64,000 nt of DNA from Candidatus Latescibacterota bacterium (GTDB lineage: Bacteria; Latescibacterota; UBA2968; UBA8231): positions 960,001 through 1,024,000 of the forward strand of contig OZ242214.1 in the NCBI GenBank assembly GCA_965206595.1, written 5' to 3'. The notes below the pieces were generated by a model, which was not told the DNA's origin, searched no databases, and was given only the letters and a program-made list of their open reading frames with translations. Position numbers and translations under genes: made by a program. This document shows, piece after piece, positions 53,898-64,000 of this stretch. Numbering within the stretch: the first letter of the stretch is position 1; each line of letters starts with the position of its first letter.

Positions 53898-55361
53898 GGG
53901 TCTATCCGGGTTTTTCAACGCCGAAACGTAAGTACGGAAAGTACCTGAGCCCTTGCTGTTCATCTGAGTACATGACAAGGCCATAGGTCGTTCCCTATGC
54001 TTGGTGTATCCCCATCAAGCACTCCCCAGGAAAGGGAAGGGAAGGCGACCTATGACCGCTATGAAGTTCGTCTCCAAGCTGTTCAAGTTCAAGGGGTTTG
54101 GCGCTGTCGACGTGTGCTTCGAAGGACACGGGGAGGAAGCGGCCGTCGTGGTCTCGGTGCAGCCCCACAACAATGGGTGCCGGTGTCCCCAGTGTGGGCG
54201 CCGGGGCAAGATCGTACGGGTCATGGAGCCCCGCCGCTGGCGCGACGTCCGCATCTGCGGCCGTACCGTCTGGTTGTACCACCGCCCTCGAGAGATCCGC
54301 TGTCCGACCCACGGCCGGCACGTCGAGGAGGTGCCCTGGGCGGCGCCCTCGGCCCGGGTCAGCTACCGCTTCGAATACCTGCTGCTGACCTACTGCCAGT
54401 GGATGCCGCAGGTCACCGCCGCGCGCTTGCTGGGCCTGGCTCCTTCGACCCTGTCCGACCAGGTGCACCGGCTCATCGAGCGCCGGCGTACAGGCCATCG
54501 CATCCGCGCGCTGACGACCCTCGGCATCGACGAGATCTCCTACGCCAAGGGCCATAAATACGCCACCCTGGTCTACGACCTGGAGCGCTCCTGTGTCGTC
54601 TGGATCGGCAAGGGCAAGGCCCGCGAAACGATCGATACGTTCTTCCGGGACCATCTCAGCGCCTTCCGGAAGGCCCGTATCCGCTGGGCCTGCTGCGATA
54701 TGAGCGAGACCTTCATCGGCGCCATCCGCCAGCACTGCCCCAACGCCCAGCTCGTCCTGGACCGATTCCACGTCGTCAAGGCCCTCAACGAAGCCGTCGA
54801 CGAGGTGCGCAAGGAGCAGTGGCGGCAAGCCTGCGGCGAGGACCGCAAGCTGCTCAAGGGCCTGCGCTGGGTGCTGCTGCATCACTCCGCCCGGCGCTCG
54901 CCAAAGGACCGGCGCACGCTCCAAACCCTGGAGAAGGCCAACCGCCGCATCTACCGCGCCTGGCGCCTGAAGGACGAGTTCGAGCACTTCTGGCGCTACA
55001 AGGCGCGCTGGGCCGCCGAACGCTTCCTCAAGAAGTGGACGACGGCGGCCCTGCGCAGCCGCCTGGAGCCCCTGCGCAGGTTCGTCAACACGGTGCGCAA
55101 GCATGCGGCCGGCATCACCGCCTTCGTCGACACGCACCTGACCAACGCCGCCGCCGAAGGCCTCAACCGCATCATCCGCATGGTCAAGAACCGCGCCAGT
55201 GGATTTAAATCTCTGGATGCCTTTGCCGACCTCATCTACCTGTGCGTCGGAGACCTCGATATCCCTGCGCAGATTCCGGCCCGATTCCGTACAGTGTGAA
55301 CCCCTCAAAATCTCATTGGGGAAACGCTATAAATACCACGTTGAAAAACCCGTATATAGCC
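53898..55361 (+). mobile_element. ISL3-family insertion sequence with 8-bp TSD
   Basis: IR core CGGGTTTTTCAACG (53907-53920) / CGTTGAAAAACCCG (55339-55352); TSD ATAAAATT. Confidence 0.88.
54052..55299 (+). CDS. ISL3-family transposase, apparently intact
   Basis: CPQCG, GIDEI, CCDMS, DRFHVV, TNAAAEGLN. Confidence 0.93.
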   Translation: MTAMKFVSKLFKFKGFGAVDVCFEGHGEEAAVVVSVQPHNNGCRCPQCGRRGKIVRVMEPRRWRDVRICGRTVWLYHRPREIRCPTHGRHVEEVPWAAPSARVSYRFEYLLLTYCQWMPQVTAARLLGLAPSTLSDQVHRLIERRRTGHRIRALTTLGIDEISYAKGHKYATLVYDLERSCVVWIGKGKARETIDTFFRDHLSAFRKARIRWACCDMSETFIGAIRQHCPNAQLVLDRFHVVKALNEAVDEVRKEQWRQACGEDRKLLKGLRWVLLHHSARRSPKDRRTLQTLEKANRRIYRAWRLKDEFEHFWRYKARWAAERFLKKWTTAALRSRLEPLRRFVNTVRKHAAGITAFVDTHLTNAAAEGLNRIIRMVKNRASGFKSLDAFADLIYLCVGDLDIPAQIPARFRTV

Positions 55362-55555
55362 ATAAAATTGGAAGCCTGAGTTCACCAAGGGTTACCTATT
55401 CTGTGATAGTATTTACCAAATCATTAAATGTCCAAAAATGTCCAAATGTCCGAAAAAATATCATCCATAGATCATGAAAAATTGCTATGAGGTTACCCCG
55501 ATTTCACGGACAGTTTCCGTTGGGATTTTTTCCCTTTGGTAAGTGCCAATTTCCC

Positions 55556-55591
55556 TAATAAACTGACAATCCGTAATAAACTGACAATCCG
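55556..55591. repeat. Perfect 18-bp tandem repeat TAATAAACTGACAATCCG x2
   Basis: Read directly in an AT-rich intergenic region. Confidence 0.85.
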
Positions 55592-58185
55592 TCCTCAGGT
55601 TTTATCGTGATGTCGATGGCGCTTGTTCCGGTGATTGATCCACAGGAAACAGATCAGCCCGAGATGGCTGTAAGCGGGATGGCTAGGGGTATAGTCTGGT
55701 TCCAATCCATCAGGTTTGCTGTCCCTTGGGGTGCAGGGACTTCGAGCTGACTGACCAGGTAGCGACGGCTTTTCGGTAAGCGGCCCCTCGATGTCCTGGA
55801 GGGCAGATTCTGCGGCTCTCTGGCCGGGTCTTGGATGCGTTTGTCTGTGTCTGTTTGTGCAGGTCACTGGTCTTCTTTCACAGGCCCTACCTGCCAATAG
55901 ACTGAACCCGGATGCGTTGGTGTCTCACGCTATTTTGCGTGGGGTTGGCTAATTGTCCTTGAAGGTAGTTCCGGAGGCATTATCGCAGCAGGGTGAGTTT
56001 TCGCGTCTGAACGTTCTCGGTTGTAACCAGCCGGTACAGGTAGACGCCGCTAGCCAAGGAGCGGCCCCGGTCGTCGCGGCCGTTCCAGTGAATCCGGTGG
56101 CCCCCCACCTTTTTCGGTCCCCGGTGCAGCACCGCCACCCGTTGCCCGGTCAGAGCGAATACCTCTAGCTGGGCCGGACCTGGACGCAGCAGGAACCAGG
56201 AGATGACGGTCTCGCTGTTGAACGGGTTGGGAGCGTTCTGATGCAGTTGCGGTCCGTCGGGCAGGCCGATCCTCTCTCGAGCGAGGGCCAGCAGCTTGCT
56301 CCGCGCCGGATCCGTGAAGTGGTCGGCGAGGAGGAAGAAGTCGCCGAAGTCGACGCTGCCGCTGCCGTCGAGGTCGAAGCGAGGATCGTTACCTCCGAAG
56401 GCGTCGGCGAACAGGAAGAAGTCGGAAAAACCCGTCTCGCCGTCTCCGTCGAAATCCGGGGTGGCCTTGGCCGTGGCGGTGAAAGCGACCGGGTCGAGAC
56501 CGGCCACAGATACGGTGACCGTGTTGGCACCCGGTTCGCTGCCCAGGGTCAGGGTGGAGGCGGCTTGGCCGTTTTCATCCGTTGTGTCGATTGTTGCCGA
56601 AAGACTTCCGCCGCCGGCGGTGACCGCGAACCTAACGGTGACTTCGGCAACAGGATTACCGTGCTGGTCCAAAACGGAAACCACGAAGGGATCAGCCAAG
56701 CTGGACCCCGCAGCAACCTGCTGATCTTCCCCCGAGAGTTTGGTCAGGATCTGGGGATGGGGTAGGACAAGCTGCAAATCCCACAGCAGGGCCGTGCCGT
56801 CCTGTGAACCCGACGCGAGAGTAGTTCCGTCGGACGATAACACCACCGAGGAGACGTCACCCGCATGTCCCTCCAAGGTGGCGGTAAGGGACCCTGTCGC
56901 CACGTCCCACAACCTGACCGTTTCATCCCCTGCCCCGGAGGCGAGGGTTCTTCCGTCGGATGAAAAAGCAACAGACCAGACCGCACCGGTATGTCCTTCC
57001 AGGGTGAACACTTCCTCCTCTTTCGCTACGTCCCACAACCTGACTGTTCGATCGTATCCCCCTGATACGAGACTCGACCCGTCTGGCGAAAAGGCCAATG
57101 AGTTGACCAACCTGGTATGACCTGACAATGCGGCAACGTTGAGCCCCGTGTCTGTGTTCCAAAGAAAAATCGTCCCGTCCTGTGATCCGGTGGCCAGGGT
57201 TGAGCCGTGGGATGAGAAGGCCACATCTTTGACTCCATCCGGCACGGACAGAGAAAGGGAAAGGTCTCCGGTAACGACGTCCCACAGCTTGACATCCCCA
57301 TAGAATGTTGCGGAAGCCAGTCTCGTCCCGCCGGGCGAAAACGCCAGCGACTCGACCTCGTCGGTGTGCCCTTCAAGAGTAGTAAAATTCCCGGTGTCAA
57401 CATTCCGTAAACGGAGCTCCCAAGTGGACGCTGAAGCGAGTGTCCTTCCATCCGGTGAGAAGGCCACAGAATTAACGCCGGTCTCAAAACTCTCAAGAGT
57501 GGCGATTTGGTGCTTGGTTGCAACGTCCCAAAGTTGGACCGTGCCATCAGCATATCCGGTCGCGAGAGATGACCCATCCGGAAAAAAAGCAATCGATTGG
57601 ACCGAGGGTGTAAATCGTTCGAGGGTAGCGACATTGTGCGTGGCCACCTCCCACAGGTTGACTTCGTAAGCGGACCCTGAAGCCAGGGTGGTCCCGTCGG
57701 GGGAGAACGCCACCGATTCGACGGCATCAGAATGCCCGCCCTTGAAGGTAGCTGTCAGAAGGCCCGTCTCGAGGTCTCGCAGCCGGATGGTTTTGTCCAA
57801 CAAACCCGCAGCAACTGCTGTGCCGTCCGGAGAGAACGATATCGAATTGACAGTCTGAGGCCACCCCAACCAATCGTCCAAGTGTCTATAGCTTACGATT
57901 TTCTGCCTGGTAGCCAGATCCCACAAGTTGAGAATTCCATCCGTTTCTCCGGCCGTAGCCAGCATTGCGCCGTCGGGCGAGAAGGACAGCGCATGCACTC
58001 CATTTTCATGTCTCAAAGTGGCGGTGGCTTGTCCTGTTGCCGGGTCCCAAAGCATAACTGTCCCATCGTGCGACCCGGAAGCCAGGCTCGTTCCGTCAGG
58101 GGAGAAGGCTACTGTATATACCACATGGTCATGTTCCTCGAGGGTGGCGATATGCTCCCCCGTGCTCACCTCCCATAACCTCACC

Positions 58186-59763
58186 GGGTGTCTTAGCTGA
58201 TTGTTACGGTTTCGGTGGTTGTTTTCAGGTTTTCGCGGTACTGCTGAAAGACCCGGTCAAGCGTTCCATTGTACAAGGCGCAGCGCAGGGCCAGAATGGC
58301 GTTGCTGTTTTCCTTATACCACCAAGCGCCCGACCGTTTCAGACGAACATGGCCGATGAAGCGATGCGCCGATTCGATCGCCCCCGACCCGATCGGGTAT
58401 CCCCCCTTGCGATGGCTGCCGAAATCGACTTGGTGCAGTCGCTTTTGCAGGTAGGTCAAGGCCGTGCCGATGGCCTCTCCGGCCTCTTCCGAGAGCGGCT
58501 GCATGCGCTGCAGCCCCCAGACCACGCCGGTGCCCTCGCCGCAGAACAGGCAAAGCCAAGGTCGCTTCCAGCCAATGGGCAGCACGCGCCGCATCGGCGC
58601 CGTATTGGGCCTCGGCCACCGCGTGCAGGTAGCGGCTGCAATGGGAGTAGTCGAGGATCTGACGGGCGCCGGGGAACAGCTCTTCCACCCCCTTCCAGAT
58701 CCACGGAGCGCCATCTCCGATGGCACACAAGCGCACCTGATCCTCCGGGATCAGCCCCGCCTCCTTGACCTGGCGCAAGGCCGCGCCGAAGGCCTGTTCG
58801 TTGCCCATCTGGTGCCAGGAGATCAGCTGCTCGATGCGCTCATCGTCTATCAGGTAGAAGCGAAAGCCCTTGGCTTCGTGGTATTCCCCCTGCCAACGCC
58901 TTCGCCGAGACCGGCTCTTCTTGCGTCCGGGACGGGTGCCTTTGGCGGTCTGGGGACGACGGGGCACGTCGGCCTTAGTCGATGGCCAACACCACGATGG
59001 GCCGCCACTTGCGACCGGCGGCGGCGTGCGCAATGCGATCCTGGATGTCGGCCGCGTCCGGACACACCTGCAGCACGTCCAACGACCCGGTCTGTTGCAG
59101 CACCTCGTGAATCACACAATCGCTCATCGACGCGTCGGTGAGCTCGTCCAACAGTTCGGCGGCGCGCCGGTGGGGCATCTCCAGCCCCAGCTTGACCCCG
59201 GCCTGCTGCACGTCCCACTGCTTGCGCTGCGCCGACAGACCGAGAGCTTCGTCCAGCGGATAGAACCCGTACTGACAGCCAACGCAGTAGAAATAGGGAC
59301 GCTCCAAGGTCACCGGCCCGAGCAGCGTCTCCTGCGTGCGCGAGCGAGACGGGCGCGCTCGCAGCAGGCCTTTGCACTTGGGGCAGGCCGCCTCTTCCTG
59401 GGCCAGGAAATGGCCGTGGCGGCGTTCGACGAAGGCTTCCACCAAGGCCGCGGGGAGCCCGGAGCGCTCTTGAGACATCGCCGCGGTGATCTCCATCAAC
59501 GTCGGCGCACAAGATCCGCGCGCGCTCATTTGCGCCTCCACCCGATCCAGCCATTGGTCCAAGGCTTCATGCGCCCGGCTTCGAAAGCGGTCCTGACTCT
59601 GCCGCTCCTGAAAAACTTCCAGAGAGAGAATCGCACTCATCGCTCCCCTTCTTTCTGAAATCAGGGGAGCGCGCCGCAGGGGATGCGGCAAAAGAAAGCA
59701 ACTTACTGTAAAATATACACATACGCCACCTGAATTGCGCTATGACAATTACTTAAGACGCCC
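58186..59763 (-). mobile_element. ISKra4-like insertion sequence with frameshifted transposase (58193-59640) and 8-bp TSD
   Basis: IR GGGTGTCTTA / TAAGACGCCC; TSD ACCTCACC; IGDGAPWIW, LDYSH, IGSGAIESA, RLKRSGAWW. Confidence 0.88.
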
Positions 59764-60687
59764 ACCTCACCCTGTGGTCGAACCTGACCGTGAACTCGTC
59801 AAACTTCACAAAATTGTGGTATGCGGTGGCGAGCAGGGAACCATCGGGAGAAATGGCTATCGAGTATACGTGAACCCGGTTCTCATCCACCGTAATACGG
59901 ACAAGGTCCTCTCCTGTGGTCACGTCCCATACAATGGCGGTGCCGTCGTGCGAGCCCGAAGCAAGGGTTGCTCCGTCAGGAGAGAATGCCAGGGATGTTA
60001 TCTGGCTTGTATGCCCAGAAAACAGGGCGAGTTCACGGAAGGTGTAGACGTCGAAGATCCAGATACCGATGGTACCCGCTGCTGCCAGATATTGACCGTC
60101 GGGGGAAAAGACCAATGCCCTTTCGTCCGCGCTGAACGCTCCTTTTCCCAAACGGCCTGTCGCACCAGCAGGCAAATGCCTCGTTCGATAGTCAACGTCC
60201 ATGGGAGGAATTGGGGACCCTACTCCCATAGCGTTGAAGGTCACCAGGTCCAACCCGGGAACGGATACCTGGACGATGTTCGTTCCCGGATATGGCCCCA
60301 GGGTGAGGATCTGTTTGGCCACACCGTCGGCGTCCGTAATTGCCTTGGCGAACGTGTATTTCCCATTTAGCTTTCCACCTCCGTCGATGATGGAAAAGGT
60401 GACAACCACTCCTTCTATTCCATTGCCAAGTCGATCCCGCACTTCAACGACAAAAGGTCTGTCCAATTCGCCGTTCGGCAGGCCTTCTTGGTGTTGGCCG
60501 GCTATCGCCTCCAGCGCCTGGGGACGCGGCCCAAAATACCGGGACATATCCCAAAGGTTCGCGGTGTAATCCCATGCTCCCGAAGCCAGGGTCGATCCAT
60601 CGGGCGAAAAGGCCACAGAATGCACCTGGTTCGTATGACCCAAAAGGGACAGGATATGAGACCTGGAGGCAACGTCCCAAAATTCAA

Positions 60688-62547
60688 CCTTTGTTATTCA
60701 TTCAACCCGCGCATAAGCGGACATAGGCGCTTCCGAGACCCCTTTGCTTAGCCTCAGAGGCTTGCGTCCCTTCTATAGTCGGCTTTTTGGGTAGAGCCGT
60801 CTCCTTATCTCTACCGACCTTGTTGAAATTGTACGCGCCTTCTCGAAGACGCTTGCCTTTGCGAGCCCATCATCCCGACCGACCCGCCCTGCGCTTACGC
60901 CATCGCCGCGTCCACCGGTTTGAGCGTGGCCAGAAATCTCCACAGACGATCCCAGGCAGCCGCCGTCCCTTGGGTCAGGATGACGCCCACCCTGCGCCCA
61001 TGCAAGGTGACGCGGGACGGCAGGCGCAGGTAGCGCCGTCGAAAACTGTCCAGGCTCAGGGCCGTCGTCGAGCGTCCGTATGTGCGGGGCCGCCCGCGTC
61101 GGGCCTCGGCGCGTTCGGCGGCCTGGCGGCCCAGGTGAAGCAGGTTGTAGGCCAGCAGGTTCAAGGTCAGAAGCGCCTGGTTGGCAGCGAAGGCATCCCG
61201 GGACGGGGTGCGCTGACGCGGCTCTCGACCCCGGTAGTGTTGCTTGCGACGGGTGGTAGAGGAGAGCTGAGGCTGGAGGGTGGAGCTCAACTCGCCGAGC
61301 ATGCGCTCGAAAAGGCCGCGCTGACGATAAAAGGCGACCAGGTCGCGGCCGCTCATCGTCTGGGGACTCTGGTCGGTGATCAGGAAGAAGTGGCGGGCGA
61401 TGGGCAGCTCTTCCGTCTCGGAAGGGACCAGGACCAACACCACCCGCCGGGGCTGCGCCCAGGACCTGGCTTGATAGCGCAGCTCGCGACAGCGAAAACC
61501 CTCTTCCCGCAGCTCTTCCGGGTGCTGCGCCAGCTCCTGCTGATAGCCTTCCACCCAGGCACGAGCCAGCTCCTCCAGGCGCGCATTCTTCTTGATGCGC
61601 GCCACGTACGAGGTGTCGGCCCGCGCTTCCAGCTCACTCAGGAAAGACCCGCTCACCGAGGCCGCGTCGAAGCGCAGGATGAGGCGCCGGGCCAGATGCG
61701 ACTGAATCCAGTCCAAGCGCTTGCCGAGAGCCTCTGAGGCGCCCTCATGGGCGTGCACGTTGCCCGGCCGCAGCACGGCACCGAAGAAATCGCCCGTCTG
61801 CGCCGAGCCGAGGAGCAGGGGATGGTACCCCGAGGCGTGGAAGTAGCCGTTGTATTCGACCCCCGCCTGGTGCCCGTGCGCCGGCATCGGCAGGGCATCC
61901 ATGTCGACGGCCAACTCCTCGTATTTCATCCGTCCTTCCAGCAGCCGGCAACGAGACCGGGCGCTGCGCAGGACGGCTTCCTCCAACACCTCGCGGTTAT
62001 AGGCAGTCGAGGCTTGCTCGAGCAGGCGCGACAGCGTCGGCTGACTGGCCAGTCCCTGCGGCCGGTCTTCGTCGCCGCTGCGCAACGGCGCCTGCCCTTT
62101 GCGATCGCTGACCGCCAGACGCAGGATCGGATCTTGGCGCAACGCGTCGGCGTCGGCGGCGTGGGTCCAGCCCTGTGCCAGCAGCACGATCTGTGTGCGC
62201 AGCAGCTCCGGCAGCGGGTGCGTGATCTGGTCTTGGGTACGGAGATCCTCGAAGTGGGCGTCGACCCAATCCAGAACCCGGCTGTGTTCGAGCAGTTGAC
62301 GCAACATCAGCGCACCGGTGTCGCTGCCAAGGTGGGTGGGGCGGGCTTCGATGTGGATGGAGCGGTTGAAAGACGGCTGAATCGGCCCGGCTTGCTCGGA
62401 CTCGGTGTGTGACGGTAATTCACCCATTGGGTGTCCTACTGTGTGATGGGTTCAAAGGGCGATACTGCCTTGTGTTTCCCTCTGAAATCTAAGCATGGGA
62501 GGCACCCAGTACAGCCCTCTCCACTAAAATTCCATGAATAACAAGGG
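60688..62547 (-). mobile_element. IS1380-family insertion sequence with 5-bp TSD
   Basis: IR CCTTTGTTATTCAT / ATGAATAACAAGGG; TSD TTCAA. Confidence 0.9.
60895..62427 (-). CDS. IS1380-family transposase
   Basis: LASQPTLSRL, HGHQAG.EYNGYF, LRPGNVH, FYRQRG, FAANQ. Confidence 0.9.
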   Translation of the reverse strand: MGELPSHTESEQAGPIQPSFNRSIHIEARPTHLGSDTGALMLRQLLEHSRVLDWVDAHFEDLRTQDQITHPLPELLRTQIVLLAQGWTHAADADALRQDPILRLAVSDRKGQAPLRSGDEDRPQGLASQPTLSRLLEQASTAYNREVLEEAVLRSARSRCRLLEGRMKYEELAVDMDALPMPAHGHQAGVEYNGYFHASGYHPLLLGSAQTGDFFGAVLRPGNVHAHEGASEALGKRLDWIQSHLARRLILRFDAASVSGSFLSELEARADTSYVARIKKNARLEELARAWVEGYQQELAQHPEELREEGFRCRELRYQARSWAQPRRVVLVLVPSETEELPIARHFFLITDQSPQTMSGRDLVAFYRQRGLFERMLGELSSTLQPQLSSTTRRKQHYRGREPRQRTPSRDAFAANQALLTLNLLAYNLLHLGRQAAERAEARRGRPRTYGRSTTALSLDSFRRRYLRLPSRVTLHGRRVGVILTQGTAAAWDRLWRFLATLKPVDAAMA

Positions 62548-64000
62548 TTCAATCACACCCAAATCGCCTGAACCCAAGGCAAGAACAAAGCCATCGGGCG
62601 AAAAGGCCAAGGAAAAAATGGTTCCCGAGTTGCTGGTAATGGTGTTGATTCTTTGTCCCGTGGTTACGTCCCACAGTCGAACCGTTCCATCCAGATTGGC
62701 CCCGGAGGCGAGTGTGGAGCCATCCGGGGAGAACGCTAAAGACAGGACCCAACTCGTATGACCTTCCAGGGTTGTGATTTCGCGGCCGGTCTCAATTTCC
62801 CATAGCTTGATCGTGTGGTCATATGACCCGGAAGCCAACATCGCTCCGTTCGGCGAAAGTGCCACCGCCGTGACTGGCTCCGCATGCCCCTCCAGTGTGG
62901 CTGTTTCACGGCCGGTCTCAACTTCCCACAACTTAATCGTATGGTCATAAGATCCGGAAGCCAGAAGGGTCCCGTCGGGCGAAAACGCAACCGATACCAC
63001 GGGACCTGTATGCCCAGCGAGGGCACCTATTTCCCCTCTCCTTTCCAGGTTCCACACCTTGACCGTGTGGTCCACTGACCCGGAAGCCAGGATGGTTCCG
63101 CCGGGGGAAAACACAACCGCCAGGGCATCGTCAGACTCGGAGAGACTGCCGATTTCCATCCCCGTCTCCACGTCCCACAGTCTGATGTTTTCACCATAGG
63201 CTCCGGTGGCAAGTGTTTTCCCATCCGGGGAGAATGCTACAGAATGGACCTGATTTTCATGCCCTTCAAGGGTCACAGGCTTTGGTTTCGAATCCGACTC
63301 CAGTGTGATTTTTTTGCTCCAGACATTCCCGTCCAAATCGATGGTCCATACCTGAAGGGGATGTTCAACAGGATCTGACAGACTGGTGAAGCTATTGGAT
63401 GGGAAGACCCCATTGTGTTGGAATTCGATGACCGCATTTGTTTCCCCGTCCATCTCGCGGCAGGAAATGACTTCAGGAAACCCGACGGCCGGATGTGGCT
63501 TTGCTGTCTCAACGGATAAGATTACTTGATGAAGACCGTCCGGATCATTGACCTCGAGTCTAACCGCAACGCTTGTCGAGCCCGGTGGATATAAGAGGGA
63601 CGAAAGAAGCTCGATGGTTGAATTCTCACTCTCCTCGTCTCCAATATCGGAATTGAAGTACGGATGCACCGATAAATAAGCGCCGCTGCACATGGATAAT
63701 TTCCTCAAGTAATCCCCGTAGGACATGATGAATGCATCATCGCGGAAATCGTGGTGTAGCCCGAAGGCATGTCCAAGTTCGTGAGCCACCGTTTTTAGTG
63801 AAAAACCGGCAGGAACCAACGCATAGCCCCTGCCCTTTCCGTCGTATCGACCTCCCCCGCTTGCCCGCCCGTCAATCAGGTCTGAGCTATTGTCAATGAC
63901 GAACAAGTACACGTTGGCCGCCCCGGTATCAAACACTTCGCGGACTTCACTCATCACCCCGTCGAAGGTATTGTCGAGATAATTGCTGTCAGGGTGCTGT

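Larger units (their letters stand above)
55980..64000 (-). pseudogene. Giant secreted metalloprotease-WD40-Ig-EF-hand-FlgD-Ig protein, split by two IS; 5' end outside the window
   Basis: Segments 62553-64000, 59772-60687 and 55980-58185 rejoin in frame (GVIE|FWDV; HRVR|LWEV). HELGHAFGLHH plus IMSY; many GH...SVAFSPDG..LASGS.D.TVKLWD repeats; QNAPNPFN tail. Confidence 0.9.

Overview
GC-rich bacterial accessory region. Its gene content (PhyH/TauD dioxygenases, enolase-superfamily and Gfo/Idh/MocA enzymes, ankyrin and WD40 proteins, secreted proteins with FlgD-Ig or 'SWGxIK' tails) resembles host-associated FCB-group bacteria such as sponge-associated Latescibacterota/Gemmatimonadota; this taxonomy is inference. 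The window is heavily eroded. Ten IS elements (IS701, IS256, IS630, IS5, IS66, 2x ISL3, 2x ISKra4-like, IS1380; about 13.9 kb or 22% by my end-mapping) and two orphan IS ends are present. They interrupt a ParA-family ATPase, a type I R-M hsdS, an enolase-family gene, a HicA toxin and a >1500-aa secreted metalloprotease-WD40 gene (twice). Five elements have readable target-site duplications. Most interesting: (i) a tandem array of three secreted paralogues (23406-26005) with a conserved framework and variable loops shared mosaically between copies; (ii) a C-terminal SWG-x-(I/V)K tail shared with an unrelated secreted protein, a candidate sorting signal; (iii) a ParA ATPase plus an uncharacterised coupled partner next to the type I R-M locus; (iv) every recognisable defence/toxin module is disrupted. 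I saw no CRISPR array, rRNA, tRNA or reverse transcriptase. Many frameshifts lie in homopolymers and may be sequencing errors.
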